Positions 49,670 to 60,306 of a stretch of 64,000 nucleotides of DNA are shown here, one piece after another. This DNA comes from Verrucomicrobiia bacterium (GTDB lineage Bacteria > Verrucomicrobiota > Verrucomicrobiia > Limisphaerales > UBA11358), in the NCBI GenBank assembly GCA_025451535.1, contig JANWKE010000075.1, positions 56,627-120,626 of the forward strand, given 5' to 3'. How positions within the stretch are numbered: position 1 is the first letter of the stretch; every line of letters starts with the position of its first letter. Position numbers and translations under genes: made by a program. A model generated the notes under the pieces. It saw only the letters and a program-made list of their open reading frames with translations. It searched no databases and was not told the DNA's origin.

Positions 49670-50911
49670 ATGAAAAATGTCTGGCGCAGCGGAATCATTT
49701 TTACGGCAATCAGTTTCCTGACCAGCATCGTCTTTTATCTGTTCCAAATGATCGTCAGCCGGCAATTTCGCAATGCTCCGGGCGAGTTCGGGCTGATGAA
49801 CAACACCATCACCTTCATTGGTTTCCTCGCTCTTCCGCTGCCCATGGCCACGCAAGCGGTCACGCATTACATCGCGCGTTTTCATTTCGGCGGCGATGAC
49901 GCGCGCCTGCACGGGCTGCTGGCCGGCTGCCGTAAATTCCTTTTCCACATCACGATCGTCGGTTCGGTCATCGCCCTCATTCTCGTCCGGCCGCTGGGCG
50001 ATTTTTTTCACGTCTCGCGGACCAGTCTCACGTTCATCGCCCTCGCTTGCGTCCTCGGCGGACTTTGGGCGTCGTATGTGACGGCGCTCTGCCAGGGACT
50101 GGGCTGGTTCAAGCGATTGGCCTTGATTGGCTTGCTCGGCGCAACCGCGCGGGTTTTGTTCGGCTGGCCGACCACGCATTTTCAACCCGTCGCCGAATGG
50201 GGCGTGCTCGCGTCGGCGGCGATGTTGCTGCCCAATTTAATCCTGCTGTTCTGGCGCAAGGAATTCCCCCGCCGGACCGATGTGGCAACGTCTCCGTGGA
50301 CTTCGGAATTTGTCCGGTTTCTCATCGTCAGCGCCGCCTATGTCATCGGTTCAAACCTCTTCAATCTCGGGGACAATCTCGTGGCGCAACGATATTTTTC
50401 CAATGCTGATCGCGATGCCTATTCCGTCGCCGAAAAACTGGCGGTGGCCCTGCCGACCGCGGTTGGACCGCTCCTGATTGTTTTGTTTACGCACCGTTCC
50501 AGCCATCATCACGCTGACGCGCGGCTGGAACAATTGAAACTGGCCGGCCTTTATGCCGCCGGGCTGGTTTCCGGGGCGGTTTGCCTTTTTCTGCTGCGAA
50601 AATTTTGCGTGCATCTTTTGAATCCCAACACGCCGGAAGCCGCCACGATGGTTGGCCGCCTCTCCCTGACCATGATTTTCGCCGGGTTGCTGCAATTGCT
50701 CGGCATCTGGTCGCTCGCCAGCCGCTGGTTGAAGATCTCGCTGCTCTACGGTGGCCTTGGACTCGTTTATTGGGCGCTATTGCTGTACTTTGGTAAATCG
50801 CCCGCAAACCTGTTGTACGTGATGCCCATAACCGCCGGAACCGCCTGTGGAATTCTATTCCTTGTCTGGCTCATGACGATGCGCCGGCATAGATCCATTC
50901 CACAAAGCTGA
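49670..50911 (+). CDS. Polysaccharide flippase-like (Wzx/MOP) membrane protein
   Basis: About 12 TM helices, first gene of the plus-strand glycan operon. Start placed at ATG 49670. Confidence 0.6.
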   Translation: MKNVWRSGIIFTAISFLTSIVFYLFQMIVSRQFRNAPGEFGLMNNTITFIGFLALPLPMATQAVTHYIARFHFGGDDARLHGLLAGCRKFLFHITIVGSVIALILVRPLGDFFHVSRTSLTFIALACVLGGLWASYVTALCQGLGWFKRLALIGLLGATARVLFGWPTTHFQPVAEWGVLASAAMLLPNLILLFWRKEFPRRTDVATSPWTSEFVRFLIVSAAYVIGSNLFNLGDNLVAQRYFSNADRDAYSVAEKLAVALPTAVGPLLIVLFTHRSSHHHADARLEQLKLAGLYAAGLVSGAVCLFLLRKFCVHLLNPNTPEAATMVGRLSLTMIFAGLLQLLGIWSLASRWLKISLLYGGLGLVYWALLLYFGKSPANLLYVMPITAGTACGILFLVWLMTMRRHRSIPQS

Positions 50912-50947
50912 TTTGAATTTGCCGCCGGTTTCGGTCAGACTCGCCTC

Positions 50948-51961
50948 ATGCCGTCCGGTCCGGAAAATCTACCGCGCGTCAGTTTCATCATGCCGACACT
51001 CAATGTTGAGATGTTGCTGGATAATGCCCTGTCATCGATCGCAAACCAGACCTACTCGCGCAACCGATACGAAATTCTGCTGGCTGATGCACATTCGACC
51101 GACCGGACGCGCGAAATCGCCACAAAATACGGCGCGAGGGTCCTCGACGATGACGGCAAAAACATGGAGGAAGGCAAACGGCTCGCACTCCGCCACGCCA
51201 CCGGCGAATACGTCGTCTTCATGGATGCCGATAATGAAATCACCCATCCCGATTATATTGAACTCGCCGTGAAAGCCTTGTCAGCAAACCCACAAGCACT
51301 CGGGGTGGAGGGCTATTATTTGCCATCGCCGAAAATGAGTTCGTTCTGCACCTACCTGACGCATCGACTGCACATCAGCGATCCGATTGCCTGGTTGATG
51401 AGTACGAAACCAAGGCTCGTGGCGCGCGATGGGGAAGCAGAACGCTGGACGTTGCCGAGTAATTCGCTTTCTTACCCGCTCGGCGCGAACGGCTTCGTCT
51501 TTCGCCGCGCAGATTTGGGATCGGTGAAGGTGGACGAACAATTCCAGGATACCCACGCGGCGTTGTACCTCATGCGGGCAGGCAAACGCGAATGGTTGCG
51601 GATCCGCGGGCGGGGAGTACATCATTATTATGTGCAAACCTGGTGGGGGTTCGTACAAAAACGCCGTCGGGCCACCGTGCATTTCCTGCGCGTGCAGGAA
51701 GAAGCCAGGACGAATTGGATGAAGGAAAAACCGCGGGTGCCGCTCTGGCTGGCAGCGGTTTATTGCGTCACCTGGATCGGTCCACTCTGGCATACCCTCT
51801 GCGGTTTAATTGGTGACCGCGATTTGTGCTGGCTCTGGCACACGCCCGCGTGCCTGGCCAGTGTTTTCGGCGATGCCTGGGGCGTGTGGACTTATAAACG
51901 GCGCGGCAAGGGAAAAAAGCTGATTGCCGAATTACAGGTGAAACAAACCTTGAAGCGGTGA
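50948..51961 (+). CDS. Glycosyltransferase family 2
   Basis: VSFIMPTLN, DAHSTDRT and FMDAD. Confidence 0.88.
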   Translation: MPSGPENLPRVSFIMPTLNVEMLLDNALSSIANQTYSRNRYEILLADAHSTDRTREIATKYGARVLDDDGKNMEEGKRLALRHATGEYVVFMDADNEITHPDYIELAVKALSANPQALGVEGYYLPSPKMSSFCTYLTHRLHISDPIAWLMSTKPRLVARDGEAERWTLPSNSLSYPLGANGFVFRRADLGSVKVDEQFQDTHAALYLMRAGKREWLRIRGRGVHHYYVQTWWGFVQKRRRATVHFLRVQEEARTNWMKEKPRVPLWLAAVYCVTWIGPLWHTLCGLIGDRDLCWLWHTPACLASVFGDAWGVWTYKRRGKGKKLIAELQVKQTLKR

Positions 51962-53160
51962 ACCCCACGACACATTTTGTGCGCGGAAAAATCCATTTCA
52001 TCTCCAACGGTATTTTCAGCACCAGGATTGCCGGAGGCGATGTTCATTTTCTAAAACTGGCTGCAGCGGCCGGACGCGCAGGCTACGAGCTGAATTTTTT
52101 TGGTGGTCATGCGCTGGCAGAGGTCATTGCCCGACACAATCTGCCAGGGTCAGTAACCCTGACGGACGACCGCACCATGAACGAAGTGAATCAAGGCGCA
52201 CTGGGTGGCCAGGTAGCCATGTTCCGCGACTTTTATCGGCGTTACCGGCGTAGCTTGCAGCTACTCCATCAAATCGCACCGGATGACTTTGCCTACGCCG
52301 CGAGCGACTACTGGTTCGATGTATTGCCGGTCGTCCGCTGCCCCGCACGCCGCAAGCTGATGGTACTTCACATGGAAGCGCCCCGGCTTGGCCAGATTAT
52401 CATGCGCAGCCGTCCCGACGTTGATCCGCTGCGTCTGGCATCGCTGCATTACTGGGCCAGCCAGCGATGGTCGCTGCGCCGTTTTGCCAAATGCAAAACC
52501 AAGCGTCTTTTGTATCTGCACCCACTCATGGAGCCACGTCTTCGCAAATCAGGCGTGCGTGACAACGAGGTAACTTTAATATCCTACGGACTGGACGTTG
52601 CCGCTACAGACGCCGTACCAGCCCAAACGCGCACTTACGACGCCGTCTGGATCGGCCGTGTGCATCGACAAAAAGGCATTGATGACCTGCTGGCCACACT
52701 CGCTTACCTCGCCCCGCGGTTGGGAAATTTTCGCGCCGTTTTAATTGGCAATGTGCGCGAGGGGATTTTGCCGCACGTGAAGAAGTTCGGCATTGAAAAA
52801 AATGTGGAGTTCAGCGGTTTTGTCAGTGAAATGGAAAAAATCCGTATATTCAAAGCCAGCCGTGTTTTTCTGATGCCGAGCAAACACGAGGGGAGCCCGC
52901 GCGTCATTGGCGAGAGCCTCGTTGCCGGCACACCGGTTGTGGCTTACGACATTCCCAATTACCGCCCATTGTTTGATGACCTCGTCCGTTACGCGCCGCC
53001 ATTCAAGCTTGAGGCTTTTCAGCAAACCGCCGAGCGTGAAATACAGGAAATGCGCGCCGGTAAAAATTATCTGGATACTCGTAATCTGGCTGATTTCAAA
53101 CGTGAGAATTCCTGGGAGGCGACCCGGGGGAAATTCATCCAGACCCTGGAAAGCCTGTAA
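51958..53160 (+). CDS. Glycosyltransferase family 4
   Basis: GRVHRQKG and PSKHEGSPRVIGES...GTPVV. Confidence 0.85.
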   Translation: MNPTTHFVRGKIHFISNGIFSTRIAGGDVHFLKLAAAAGRAGYELNFFGGHALAEVIARHNLPGSVTLTDDRTMNEVNQGALGGQVAMFRDFYRRYRRSLQLLHQIAPDDFAYAASDYWFDVLPVVRCPARRKLMVLHMEAPRLGQIIMRSRPDVDPLRLASLHYWASQRWSLRRFAKCKTKRLLYLHPLMEPRLRKSGVRDNEVTLISYGLDVAATDAVPAQTRTYDAVWIGRVHRQKGIDDLLATLAYLAPRLGNFRAVLIGNVREGILPHVKKFGIEKNVEFSGFVSEMEKIRIFKASRVFLMPSKHEGSPRVIGESLVAGTPVVAYDIPNYRPLFDDLVRYAPPFKLEAFQQTAEREIQEMRAGKNYLDTRNLADFKRENSWEATRGKFIQTLESL

Positions 53161-53241
53161 AATACCGACCCAAAAACGAAATCCGGATTGCATGCGGGAT
53201 CGGCGCTGAAACAGTACTTTCCTTTTGGCAAAATTTGAGAT

Positions 53242-53997
53242 TTGATGACGCGAAACTCTATGTTCAGAAATCTGTCTTTTCGATTCAGGAAATTCTTGTT
53301 CAAAGGTGTGGTTCTGGCATCGCTGATCGCACGGCATGGTTTGAATTTTACGCGAATTCAGGAACTTAAGAACATCCCTTTGGAACGCCAGCGTCGCGCC
53401 CTGGCCACGACCGTTGATTTTGTGGAAAGGAATTTACGCCTGGTGGATTCGACGGGATCAAAAACGGAATTGTTGACCAGGGCTTTCAAACGGGCAGAAG
53501 TTTCAGGGAACCGGCTCGTCTGCGAGTTCGGTGTTTTCACGGGCGTGTCCATTAATCACATTGCAAAAATGACCGAACAACGCGTCTTCGGTTTCGATTC
53601 TTTTGAAGGATTGCCCGAACGCTGGTGGGATGGCTGGAAGATTGGTGCGTTTGCCGTTCCTAAACTCCCCAGGGTCCGCGGGAATGTCACGCTGGTTAAA
53701 GGTTGGTTCAACGAAACGCTGCCTGGTTTCCTGAAGGAGAATCCCGGCAACGTCGGTTTCCTTCACGTGGACAGCGACCTCTATTCGTCTGCCAAAACCA
53801 TCTTTGAATTGCTCGAACCGCGACTAAAACCCGGCGCCGTCATCGTGTTTGACGAGTATTTCAATTATCCCGAATGGGAACAGGGCGAACATAAGGCGTT
53901 CACGGAATTTTTGGGGCGGACGGGTTATTCGGTTGAATACATTGGCTATGCCCGCAATGAAGAACAGTTGGCCGTCATTTTAAGGGAGAACAAGTAA
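53242..53997 (+). CDS. TylF/MycF/NovP-like sugar O-methyltransferase
   Basis: EFGVFTG.S, FDSFEGLP, KGWFNETLP, HVDSDLYSS and VFDEY. Start could be 53245 or 53260. Confidence 0.82.
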   Translation: MMTRNSMFRNLSFRFRKFLFKGVVLASLIARHGLNFTRIQELKNIPLERQRRALATTVDFVERNLRLVDSTGSKTELLTRAFKRAEVSGNRLVCEFGVFTGVSINHIAKMTEQRVFGFDSFEGLPERWWDGWKIGAFAVPKLPRVRGNVTLVKGWFNETLPGFLKENPGNVGFLHVDSDLYSSAKTIFELLEPRLKPGAVIVFDEYFNYPEWEQGEHKAFTEFLGRTGYSVEYIGYARNEEQLAVILRENK

Positions 53998-54009
53998 CCA
54001 ATCGAATTT

Positions 54010-54825
54010 ATGCGAATCCCCGGTGTTTCCTGGGCATGGGAGTTGATTCGAACCGGCCAGACAAACTACTTGTTCGCCGATGCCTGGATGCGTTTTTACA
54101 AGTTCATCCAGGAGGGGATCTTCTTCCTGCATTTTCGGGTGTTCGGCAAACTGCCGGCGCCGGTTGACCATACGATCCGGTTGGACACGCAGCACACCGT
54201 CGCTTTTGAATCACCTGACCATCGGATTCCCTGGGGCACGAGCCGTGACAACAGCACCAACAAAAAATTTGTGAGGTTCATGCGCGGGTGCATCGAGCGC
54301 GAATTTCCCGATACGACGTGCGGAGCTTTGGATTTGGGGTGTTCCGGCGGCCAACTCGTAGCCGACTTTCGCAGCTTGGGCTGGCTGGCGGTCGGCCTGG
54401 AAGGTTCGGATTTTTCCCTCAAACACGGTCGTGCCAACTGGCCCGCGCTGGCGGGGAAAAATTTATTTACCTGCGATATCACCAAACCTTTCAAAATCAC
54501 CGACGATGGGCAGCCTGCGAAATTTCATCTGATCACCATGTGGGAAGTTTTGGAACACATTCCGACACAGGATTTGCCACAACTTTTTGACAACATTGTC
54601 AATCACCTGGCAAAGGGCGGTTACTTCATCGCCTCGACAACCTCGGCACCGGATATTCATGACGGTGTTGACCTGCATCAAACAAAATGGACGAACGACC
54701 AGTGGCAAGGGTGGCTCTCAAAGACACATCCTGAATTGGAAACCGCCCCCCTCCGCCTGAAATATTACCAATTCGTCCGCCATAACGAGGAGCGATCATT
54801 TCTAATTTACAGAAAGACGAGTTGA
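54010..54825 (+). CDS. Class I SAM-dependent methyltransferase
   Basis: LDLGCSGG and WEVLEHI. Confidence 0.82.
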   Translation: MRIPGVSWAWELIRTGQTNYLFADAWMRFYKFIQEGIFFLHFRVFGKLPAPVDHTIRLDTQHTVAFESPDHRIPWGTSRDNSTNKKFVRFMRGCIEREFPDTTCGALDLGCSGGQLVADFRSLGWLAVGLEGSDFSLKHGRANWPALAGKNLFTCDITKPFKITDDGQPAKFHLITMWEVLEHIPTQDLPQLFDNIVNHLAKGGYFIASTTSAPDIHDGVDLHQTKWTNDQWQGWLSKTHPELETAPLRLKYYQFVRHNEERSFLIYRKTS

Positions 54826-54924
54826 ACCGTTTACGGATCGTCAAACGGGCAAAACCAACCTGATCAATGCTTGCGGAGAAAAACTGGCCTTGCCCCCAAA
54901 AAGCAGTCTGGCAGGCTGAGCCCA

Positions 54925-55794
54925 ATGTTCAAAATTCTGGTAACCGGTGGTGATGGACTGCTCGCTCATGCGTTGCGTGAGCTTCAGCCGGCGGATTGCG
55001 ACCTGGTTTTTCTTTCCCATTCGGACTTCGACTTGACCGCGCCAGCACGCATGCAGGAGCAACTGGACGAGATCGCCCCGCACGTCGTCATCAACACCGC
55101 CGCGTATAATCTGGTGGACCATTGCGAAACCGAGCGTGAACTTTCCTGGGCAGTCAACGCAGTGGGTCCACAACGCCTCGCGGAATTTTGTGCGCGCGCT
55201 GACATTCGCCTCGTTCACTACGGAACGGATTATGTATTCGACGGTAAGAAAACATCTCCCTACTTCGAAGCCGACACGCCGAATCCATTGAATCATTACG
55301 CGGGCGGAAAACTCGCAGGCGAACAAGCCGTATTACGAACGTCGACGAAACATCTTGTTCTGCGTACGAGCTGGGTCTTTGGCTGGCACCCCACTCAAAC
55401 GAAGACGTTCGTTCATACCATCTTACGCGCGGCGTGCAAGGGTCACGAATTAAAAGCCACTACCGATCAAGTGTCCGTACCAACCTTTGCCCCTGATCTG
55501 GCACAGTGGACATTGGAACTGATCCGCCTTGGCGCTACGGGTTTGATACACGCGGTCAACGATGAAGGCGTGAGCCGCTACGACTGGACACGCGCGATTT
55601 TGGAAGAGGCGGTGCGGGCAGGATTGACCCCGCAAGCACCGCCGGTGGAAAAGGTGACGACGGCGTTCTTCAATTCCACCATGCGACGTCCAACGTACAC
55701 CGTGATGAGCAACGAAAAGTTGACAAAATTACTGAACCACCGGATGGGTTCATGGCGTCCGGGCCTGCGGAAAATGCTCGCTCAAATGAAATGA
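54925..55794 (+). CDS. rmlD: dTDP-4-dehydrorhamnose reductase family protein
   Basis: ILVTGGDGLL, NTAAY, TDYVFDG, YAGGK, LRTSWVF and DQ...PT. Confidence 0.85.
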   Translation: MFKILVTGGDGLLAHALRELQPADCDLVFLSHSDFDLTAPARMQEQLDEIAPHVVINTAAYNLVDHCETERELSWAVNAVGPQRLAEFCARADIRLVHYGTDYVFDGKKTSPYFEADTPNPLNHYAGGKLAGEQAVLRTSTKHLVLRTSWVFGWHPTQTKTFVHTILRAACKGHELKATTDQVSVPTFAPDLAQWTLELIRLGATGLIHAVNDEGVSRYDWTRAILEEAVRAGLTPQAPPVEKVTTAFFNSTMRRPTYTVMSNEKLTKLLNHRMGSWRPGLRKMLAQMK

Positions 55795-55815
55795 TTTCGG
55801 GTAGCCTGCGCTGAC

Positions 55816-56331
55816 ATGACCACAAGCTGGCAACCTGTCGAAGTGCACGGGTTTTTCGAGATTCCCGGATTGCCCGGTGTGCGTGTTGAGGCCTTGCCGG
55901 TTTTCACCGACCCGCGCGGCAGTCTTCACGAACTGTATCGTTCGGACGAAATTCCGAAGGATTTTAAGCCGGTGATGGCCTGTTGCTCCTGGTCAATTCC
56001 AGGGGTGACGCGCGGGCCACATCAGCATGTTTTTCAGGACGATTATTTCGTTTTTGCCGGCCCGTCGGATTTTCGTGTTTATTTGTGGGACGACCGCTCC
56101 GGTTCCCCCAAGGCGGCAAAAGGCTGGTTCATCAATACCGGTGCCAGCGCGCCGGCTCGAATCTATGTCCCGCGGGGAGTCGTCCACGCCTATCGTAACA
56201 CCGGCGCTGTGCCGGGCATAGTCGTGACCGTCACCAGCCTGCTCTTCAAGGGTGAAGGCCGCCGGGAGCCGGTGGATGAAATCCGTCACGAATTGGACCC
56301 CCATTCGCCTTATCGCCCTCCTCAACCATGA
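55816..56331 (+). CDS. rmlC: dTDP-4-dehydrorhamnose 3,5-epimerase family protein
   Basis: DPRG, S.PGVTRGPH, DDR.GSP and VPRGVVHAY. Confidence 0.82.
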   Translation: MTTSWQPVEVHGFFEIPGLPGVRVEALPVFTDPRGSLHELYRSDEIPKDFKPVMACCSWSIPGVTRGPHQHVFQDDYFVFAGPSDFRVYLWDDRSGSPKAAKGWFINTGASAPARIYVPRGVVHAYRNTGAVPGIVVTVTSLLFKGEGRREPVDEIRHELDPHSPYRPPQP

Positions 56332-57575
56332 TTTACGAACGCACGCATTGCCGCACCTGCGGCTCGAAAAATCTCCGGCTCATCCTCGATCTCGGCAGGA
56401 CGGCGCTGGCCAATGATTTTCTTAATCCCGAGGAAGTTGCCAATTACAAAATCTCACTGCCGCTGCGTGTCGTGTTGTGCCAGGACTGTTCATTGGTGCA
56501 GTTGGCCGATACGGTTGACCCGAAGATCCTCTACTCACGCTACGCCTACATCACCTCAACCTCCCGGACAATGGATGCGCACTTGAATGACCAGTCGGCG
56601 CATCTCCTGTCGATCGGTCATTTCGGTGCACGGCCAAAGATTCTGGAAATTGCCAGCAATACCGGCGTGTTCCTGAAAAAGTTCAAGGCGCGTGGTTGTG
56701 AAGTGCTCGGCGTGGAACCGGCGGAAAACATATGTGAGGTTGCCGTAAAGTCCGGCATCCCGACCCGGGGCGAATTTTTCAACGCCGCCAGCGCCAATAA
56801 AATCAGGGCGGATTGGGGTGCGGCGGATTTGATTTTGGGCCGGCACGTCTTCGCGCACATCGATGACCTGCGCGATTTGCTCGCCGGACTGGAGACCGTT
56901 TCACACAAGGAAACGCTGATTGCCTTCGAAGTGCCCTATCTGGTTGATTTCTTCGAGCGCACGGAATACGACACGATTTACCATGAACATTTGTCCTACA
57001 TCCCGGTTCGCGCGCTGGAAGCACTGGTCAAGGATTCGCCGTTTTCCCTGTTCCGGATCGACCACTACCAGATTCATGGTGGTTCGATTTTATTTCATCT
57101 GCGTCACCGCTCGTCGAAAGTAGCCGTGCACGAAAGTGTCGCGAAGGCCCTGGAAGGGGAACGCCGTATGAAGCTGGCTGAACCAGACACCTGGAGGAAG
57201 TTTACCGAAAGGGTCGATCACATCCGGACCGAACTGCCCGCCCTCATCCGCAAACTCAAGTCGCAAGGCAAACGCATCATCGGCTATGGAGCGTCCGCCA
57301 AGGGCAACACCCTGCTCAACACCTGCGGCCTGGGGATAAAGGAAATGAACTACGTCATTGATAATACACCGTTTAAACAAAATAAAGTCGCGCCCGGCTC
57401 GTGGCTGCCAATTCGCCCGCCGGAAACCTTGCTCCAGGAACAGCCGGACTTTGCATTGTTACTGGCGTGGAATTTCGCACCGGAAATCATCGGGCGCGAA
57501 ACAGAATTTCAAAAGCGGGGCGGGCGGTTTATCGTGCCGATTCCTGAGCCAAAAATTATTGAATTTCGAGCATAA
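56328..57575 (+). CDS. NDP-hexose C-methyltransferase (NovU/TylCIII type)
   Basis: Zinc site CRTC...CQDC.LVQL, plus EIASN.G, DTIYHEHLSY, HGGS, YGASAKGNTLL and LAWNF. Confidence 0.88.
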   Translation: MIYERTHCRTCGSKNLRLILDLGRTALANDFLNPEEVANYKISLPLRVVLCQDCSLVQLADTVDPKILYSRYAYITSTSRTMDAHLNDQSAHLLSIGHFGARPKILEIASNTGVFLKKFKARGCEVLGVEPAENICEVAVKSGIPTRGEFFNAASANKIRADWGAADLILGRHVFAHIDDLRDLLAGLETVSHKETLIAFEVPYLVDFFERTEYDTIYHEHLSYIPVRALEALVKDSPFSLFRIDHYQIHGGSILFHLRHRSSKVAVHESVAKALEGERRMKLAEPDTWRKFTERVDHIRTELPALIRKLKSQGKRIIGYGASAKGNTLLNTCGLGIKEMNYVIDNTPFKQNKVAPGSWLPIRPPETLLQEQPDFALLLAWNFAPEIIGRETEFQKRGGRFIVPIPEPKIIEFRA

Positions 57576-57605
57576 TTATCCGACGGGAAAGCCATCAAAA
57601 CGACA

Positions 57606-58673
57606 ATGAATTCTCGCGGCACAACGAATCAGTCCTTCCTCGTCAGCGTCGTGGTGGTGAATTACAACTGCAAAAAATGGCTTGAACGTTTTTTCCTATC
57701 GTTGCGCGCGCAAACGATTTTTGACCGCACCGAGGTTATCATGGTGGATAATACGTCCAAAGATGGTTCGGCCGAAATTTGTGAAAAAGAAATGGCAACA
57801 TGGCCAAACGGGGTCTTTCTCCAAACTGGCGGCAATTATGGCTTTGGCGGCGGCAGTAACCGCGGCGCAAAAATTGCCCGTGGCAAATATCTTTTCTTTC
57901 TGAATCCTGATGTCTGGCTGGAACCTGATTGTCTGGAAGAGCTTGTCCGGTGCGCCGAAGGCAATAAAGTGAAAACCGCCGGCCCGCTCGTGCTGGATTA
58001 TGACAGTAACCATATACAGGTGATAGGGGCGTCAGGTTTCGACCTGTTCGGCGGCATGATTCCGGTCCGTCCTGACGAGAATTGCGACCAATTGTTTGCC
58101 ATTGGGACTTTTTTTTTCATCGAGCGCGAATTTTTTGAGAAGCTTGGAAGGTTTGATGACGAATTGTTTCTTTATAATGAGGAAATGGACTTGTCATGGC
58201 GCGCCTGGATAGCGGGCGAATCGATTGTGCCCGCCTCCTCCGCCCGCATCCACCATCAAGGCGCATCATCCGGCGAGCGGGCTGTGGAAAACCGAACCAA
58301 CGAAACAAAGCGCTTCTACGCAAACCGCAACCAGCTGCTTGTCATTTTCAAAAACACCCAATTTCTGCTCCTGGGGTTGGCGTTGAGTCAGACCACGCTC
58401 ATAATGGCCGAAGCGGTAATGGGCGCCTGTCTGGCGCGGCGACCTTCCTTCTTCTACTGGGCACTGTTGAAACCGGTAACGGATTGCTGGCGCCTGCGTC
58501 GGCACATTTGGAAACAACGGGGGGAAAATCGCTTGATTCGCCGACGTGGGGACTGGTGGATATTGAAGCATTTCTTCCGTTTTGGTTTTGGCCGATGGAC
58601 GGATGTGAAGCGCTTATTCAAATTCGGCGTCAAGATCGACCCATCACGGTCAACAACCGCATCCAAAAAATAA
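57606..58673 (+). CDS. Glycosyltransferase family 2 (rhamnosyltransferase-like)
   Basis: VSVVVVNYN, NYGFGGGSN, FLNPD and FLYNEEMDLSWR. Confidence 0.88.
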   Translation: MNSRGTTNQSFLVSVVVVNYNCKKWLERFFLSLRAQTIFDRTEVIMVDNTSKDGSAEICEKEMATWPNGVFLQTGGNYGFGGGSNRGAKIARGKYLFFLNPDVWLEPDCLEELVRCAEGNKVKTAGPLVLDYDSNHIQVIGASGFDLFGGMIPVRPDENCDQLFAIGTFFFIEREFFEKLGRFDDELFLYNEEMDLSWRAWIAGESIVPASSARIHHQGASSGERAVENRTNETKRFYANRNQLLVIFKNTQFLLLGLALSQTTLIMAEAVMGACLARRPSFFYWALLKPVTDCWRLRRHIWKQRGENRLIRRRGDWWILKHFFRFGFGRWTDVKRLFKFGVKIDPSRSTTASKK

Positions 58674-58797
58674 AGTTCGATCACTGATATAGAGTATTCC
58701 TCCTGTTGACCGGATAATCGTAAACAGCAGAACTGATTTGCCGGGGTTGCCAATTACGCCCGATAACGCCACACTGGGCTAAAACGTCAACAGCTCG

Positions 58798-59571
58798 ATG
58801 GAAAGCCCTTCGCCCAATCCCAGTAGTCCGCCGCTGAAACTCTTGTCCGTGGTGATTCCCGCCCGCGACGAGGAGGGCTGTATTGCGTCCACAGTGGAGC
58901 ACTTGCATTTGGAACTGCGCCTGCAAAACATACCACACGAAATTGTGGTGGTCGACGACGGGAGCACGGATACAACCTGGAAAATTTTGTCTGCCTTGAA
59001 AACTGAGATCCCGGTTTTAAATCCATGCCAGAACCCGCCGCCGCACGGCTTCGGACGGGCCGTGATTTGGGGTTTGGATCATTCGAGCGGTGACGCCGTG
59101 GTCATCATGATGGCCGATGAATCAGATGACTCCCGGGACGTCGTCAAGTATTGGAAATTGTTGGGGGAAGGCTATGATTGCGTGTTCGGCAGCCGGTTCG
59201 TAGCCGGTGGCGGTGTGATTGATTATCCACGGGTCAAACTGTTGCTCAATCGGCTGGCCAATCTGTTTATCCGCATCTTATTCCGAATCAAACTCAACGA
59301 CACGACCAACGCGTTCAAGACTTATCGGCGTGAAGTCATTGATGGTTGCCGGCCTTTAATTTCACCACACTTCAATTTGACGGTGGAGTTGCCACTCAAG
59401 GCCATTGTGCGCGGCTTCTCATGGACGACCATGCCCATCACGTGGCGCAATCGCCGGGCGGGAAAGCCGAAACTAAAAATCAAGGAAATGGGCAGCCGTT
59501 ATCTTTTTATCTGCCTTTACGTTTGGCTGGAAAAATACTTTAGCCGGGGTGATTATCGCCGAAAACTATGA
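58798..59571 (+). CDS. Glycosyltransferase family 2, polyprenol-phosphate (DPM1-like) type
   Basis: SVVIPARDEE, VDDGSTD, MAD.SD, GSRF and DTTNAFK. Confidence 0.82.
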   Translation: MESPSPNPSSPPLKLLSVVIPARDEEGCIASTVEHLHLELRLQNIPHEIVVVDDGSTDTTWKILSALKTEIPVLNPCQNPPPHGFGRAVIWGLDHSSGDAVVIMMADESDDSRDVVKYWKLLGEGYDCVFGSRFVAGGGVIDYPRVKLLLNRLANLFIRILFRIKLNDTTNAFKTYRREVIDGCRPLISPHFNLTVELPLKAIVRGFSWTTMPITWRNRRAGKPKLKIKEMGSRYLFICLYVWLEKYFSRGDYRRKL

Positions 59572-60296
59572 CTCATAGCGACAGCGAACTTGCCGTCATT
59601 TATGACCAGCGGTTTAAAGGCAGGCAAAATTACCGCAATCGCGTCTGGCGAATCCTGATTGATGATTTCATTCAAACTTACGTTCCGCTTGAAGCCGCAG
59701 TACTGGATATTGGTTGCGGCTATGGAGAATTTATCAACAACGTCCGGTGCCGTGCCAAATTTGGAATGGATTTGAATCCGAATACAGCCAAACTATTGTC
59801 AGCCGATGTGCAATTTCTCCAGCAGGATTGTTCCACAACATGGAATCTTCCGGAAGCCCCGTTGGATGTGGTTTTTACAAGCAATTTTTTTGAGCATCTT
59901 CCCAGCAAGCCAGCACTAGCCTCGACCTTGAAGCAAGCATATTGCTCTTTGCGTCCCGGGGGAAACCTGATCGCGATGGGGCCCAACATTAAATACTTGC
60001 CGGGGGCCTACTGGGATTTTTGGGATCACTATCTTCCACTAACTGCAACGTCTTTAAAGGAAGGCCTCAAAATTCACGGCTTCGAAATGATTCGTTGCGT
60101 AGATAGATTTCTGCCTTACACCATGGCTCATGGAGTCCAATATCCAATCATTTTCCTTAAGCTGTATTTGAAGATTCCATTAGCCTGGCGTTTTTTGGGA
60201 AAGCAGTTTTTCCTGGTTGCACAGAAGCCGAAAGCCGGTTCGGATTCCGCTAAGGATTGTGCTCAAACTATCCACCACCCCCGTGCCATGCCTTGA
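59568..60296 (+). CDS. Class I SAM-dependent methyltransferase
   Basis: LDIGCGYG, SNFFEHL and LRPGG. Confidence 0.85.
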   Translation: MTHSDSELAVIYDQRFKGRQNYRNRVWRILIDDFIQTYVPLEAAVLDIGCGYGEFINNVRCRAKFGMDLNPNTAKLLSADVQFLQQDCSTTWNLPEAPLDVVFTSNFFEHLPSKPALASTLKQAYCSLRPGGNLIAMGPNIKYLPGAYWDFWDHYLPLTATSLKEGLKIHGFEMIRCVDRFLPYTMAHGVQYPIIFLKLYLKIPLAWRFLGKQFFLVAQKPKAGSDSAKDCAQTIHHPRAMP

Positions 60297-60306
60297 ATTG
60301 AACCGG

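Noticed and set aside
41741-60296. Antibiotic biosynthetic gene cluster (lincosamide or aminocoumarin)
   Set aside because: There are no NRPS/PKS, amino-acid-moiety, thiol-transfer or resistance genes. The context is flippase plus glycosyltransferases, so a surface glycan is more plausible.
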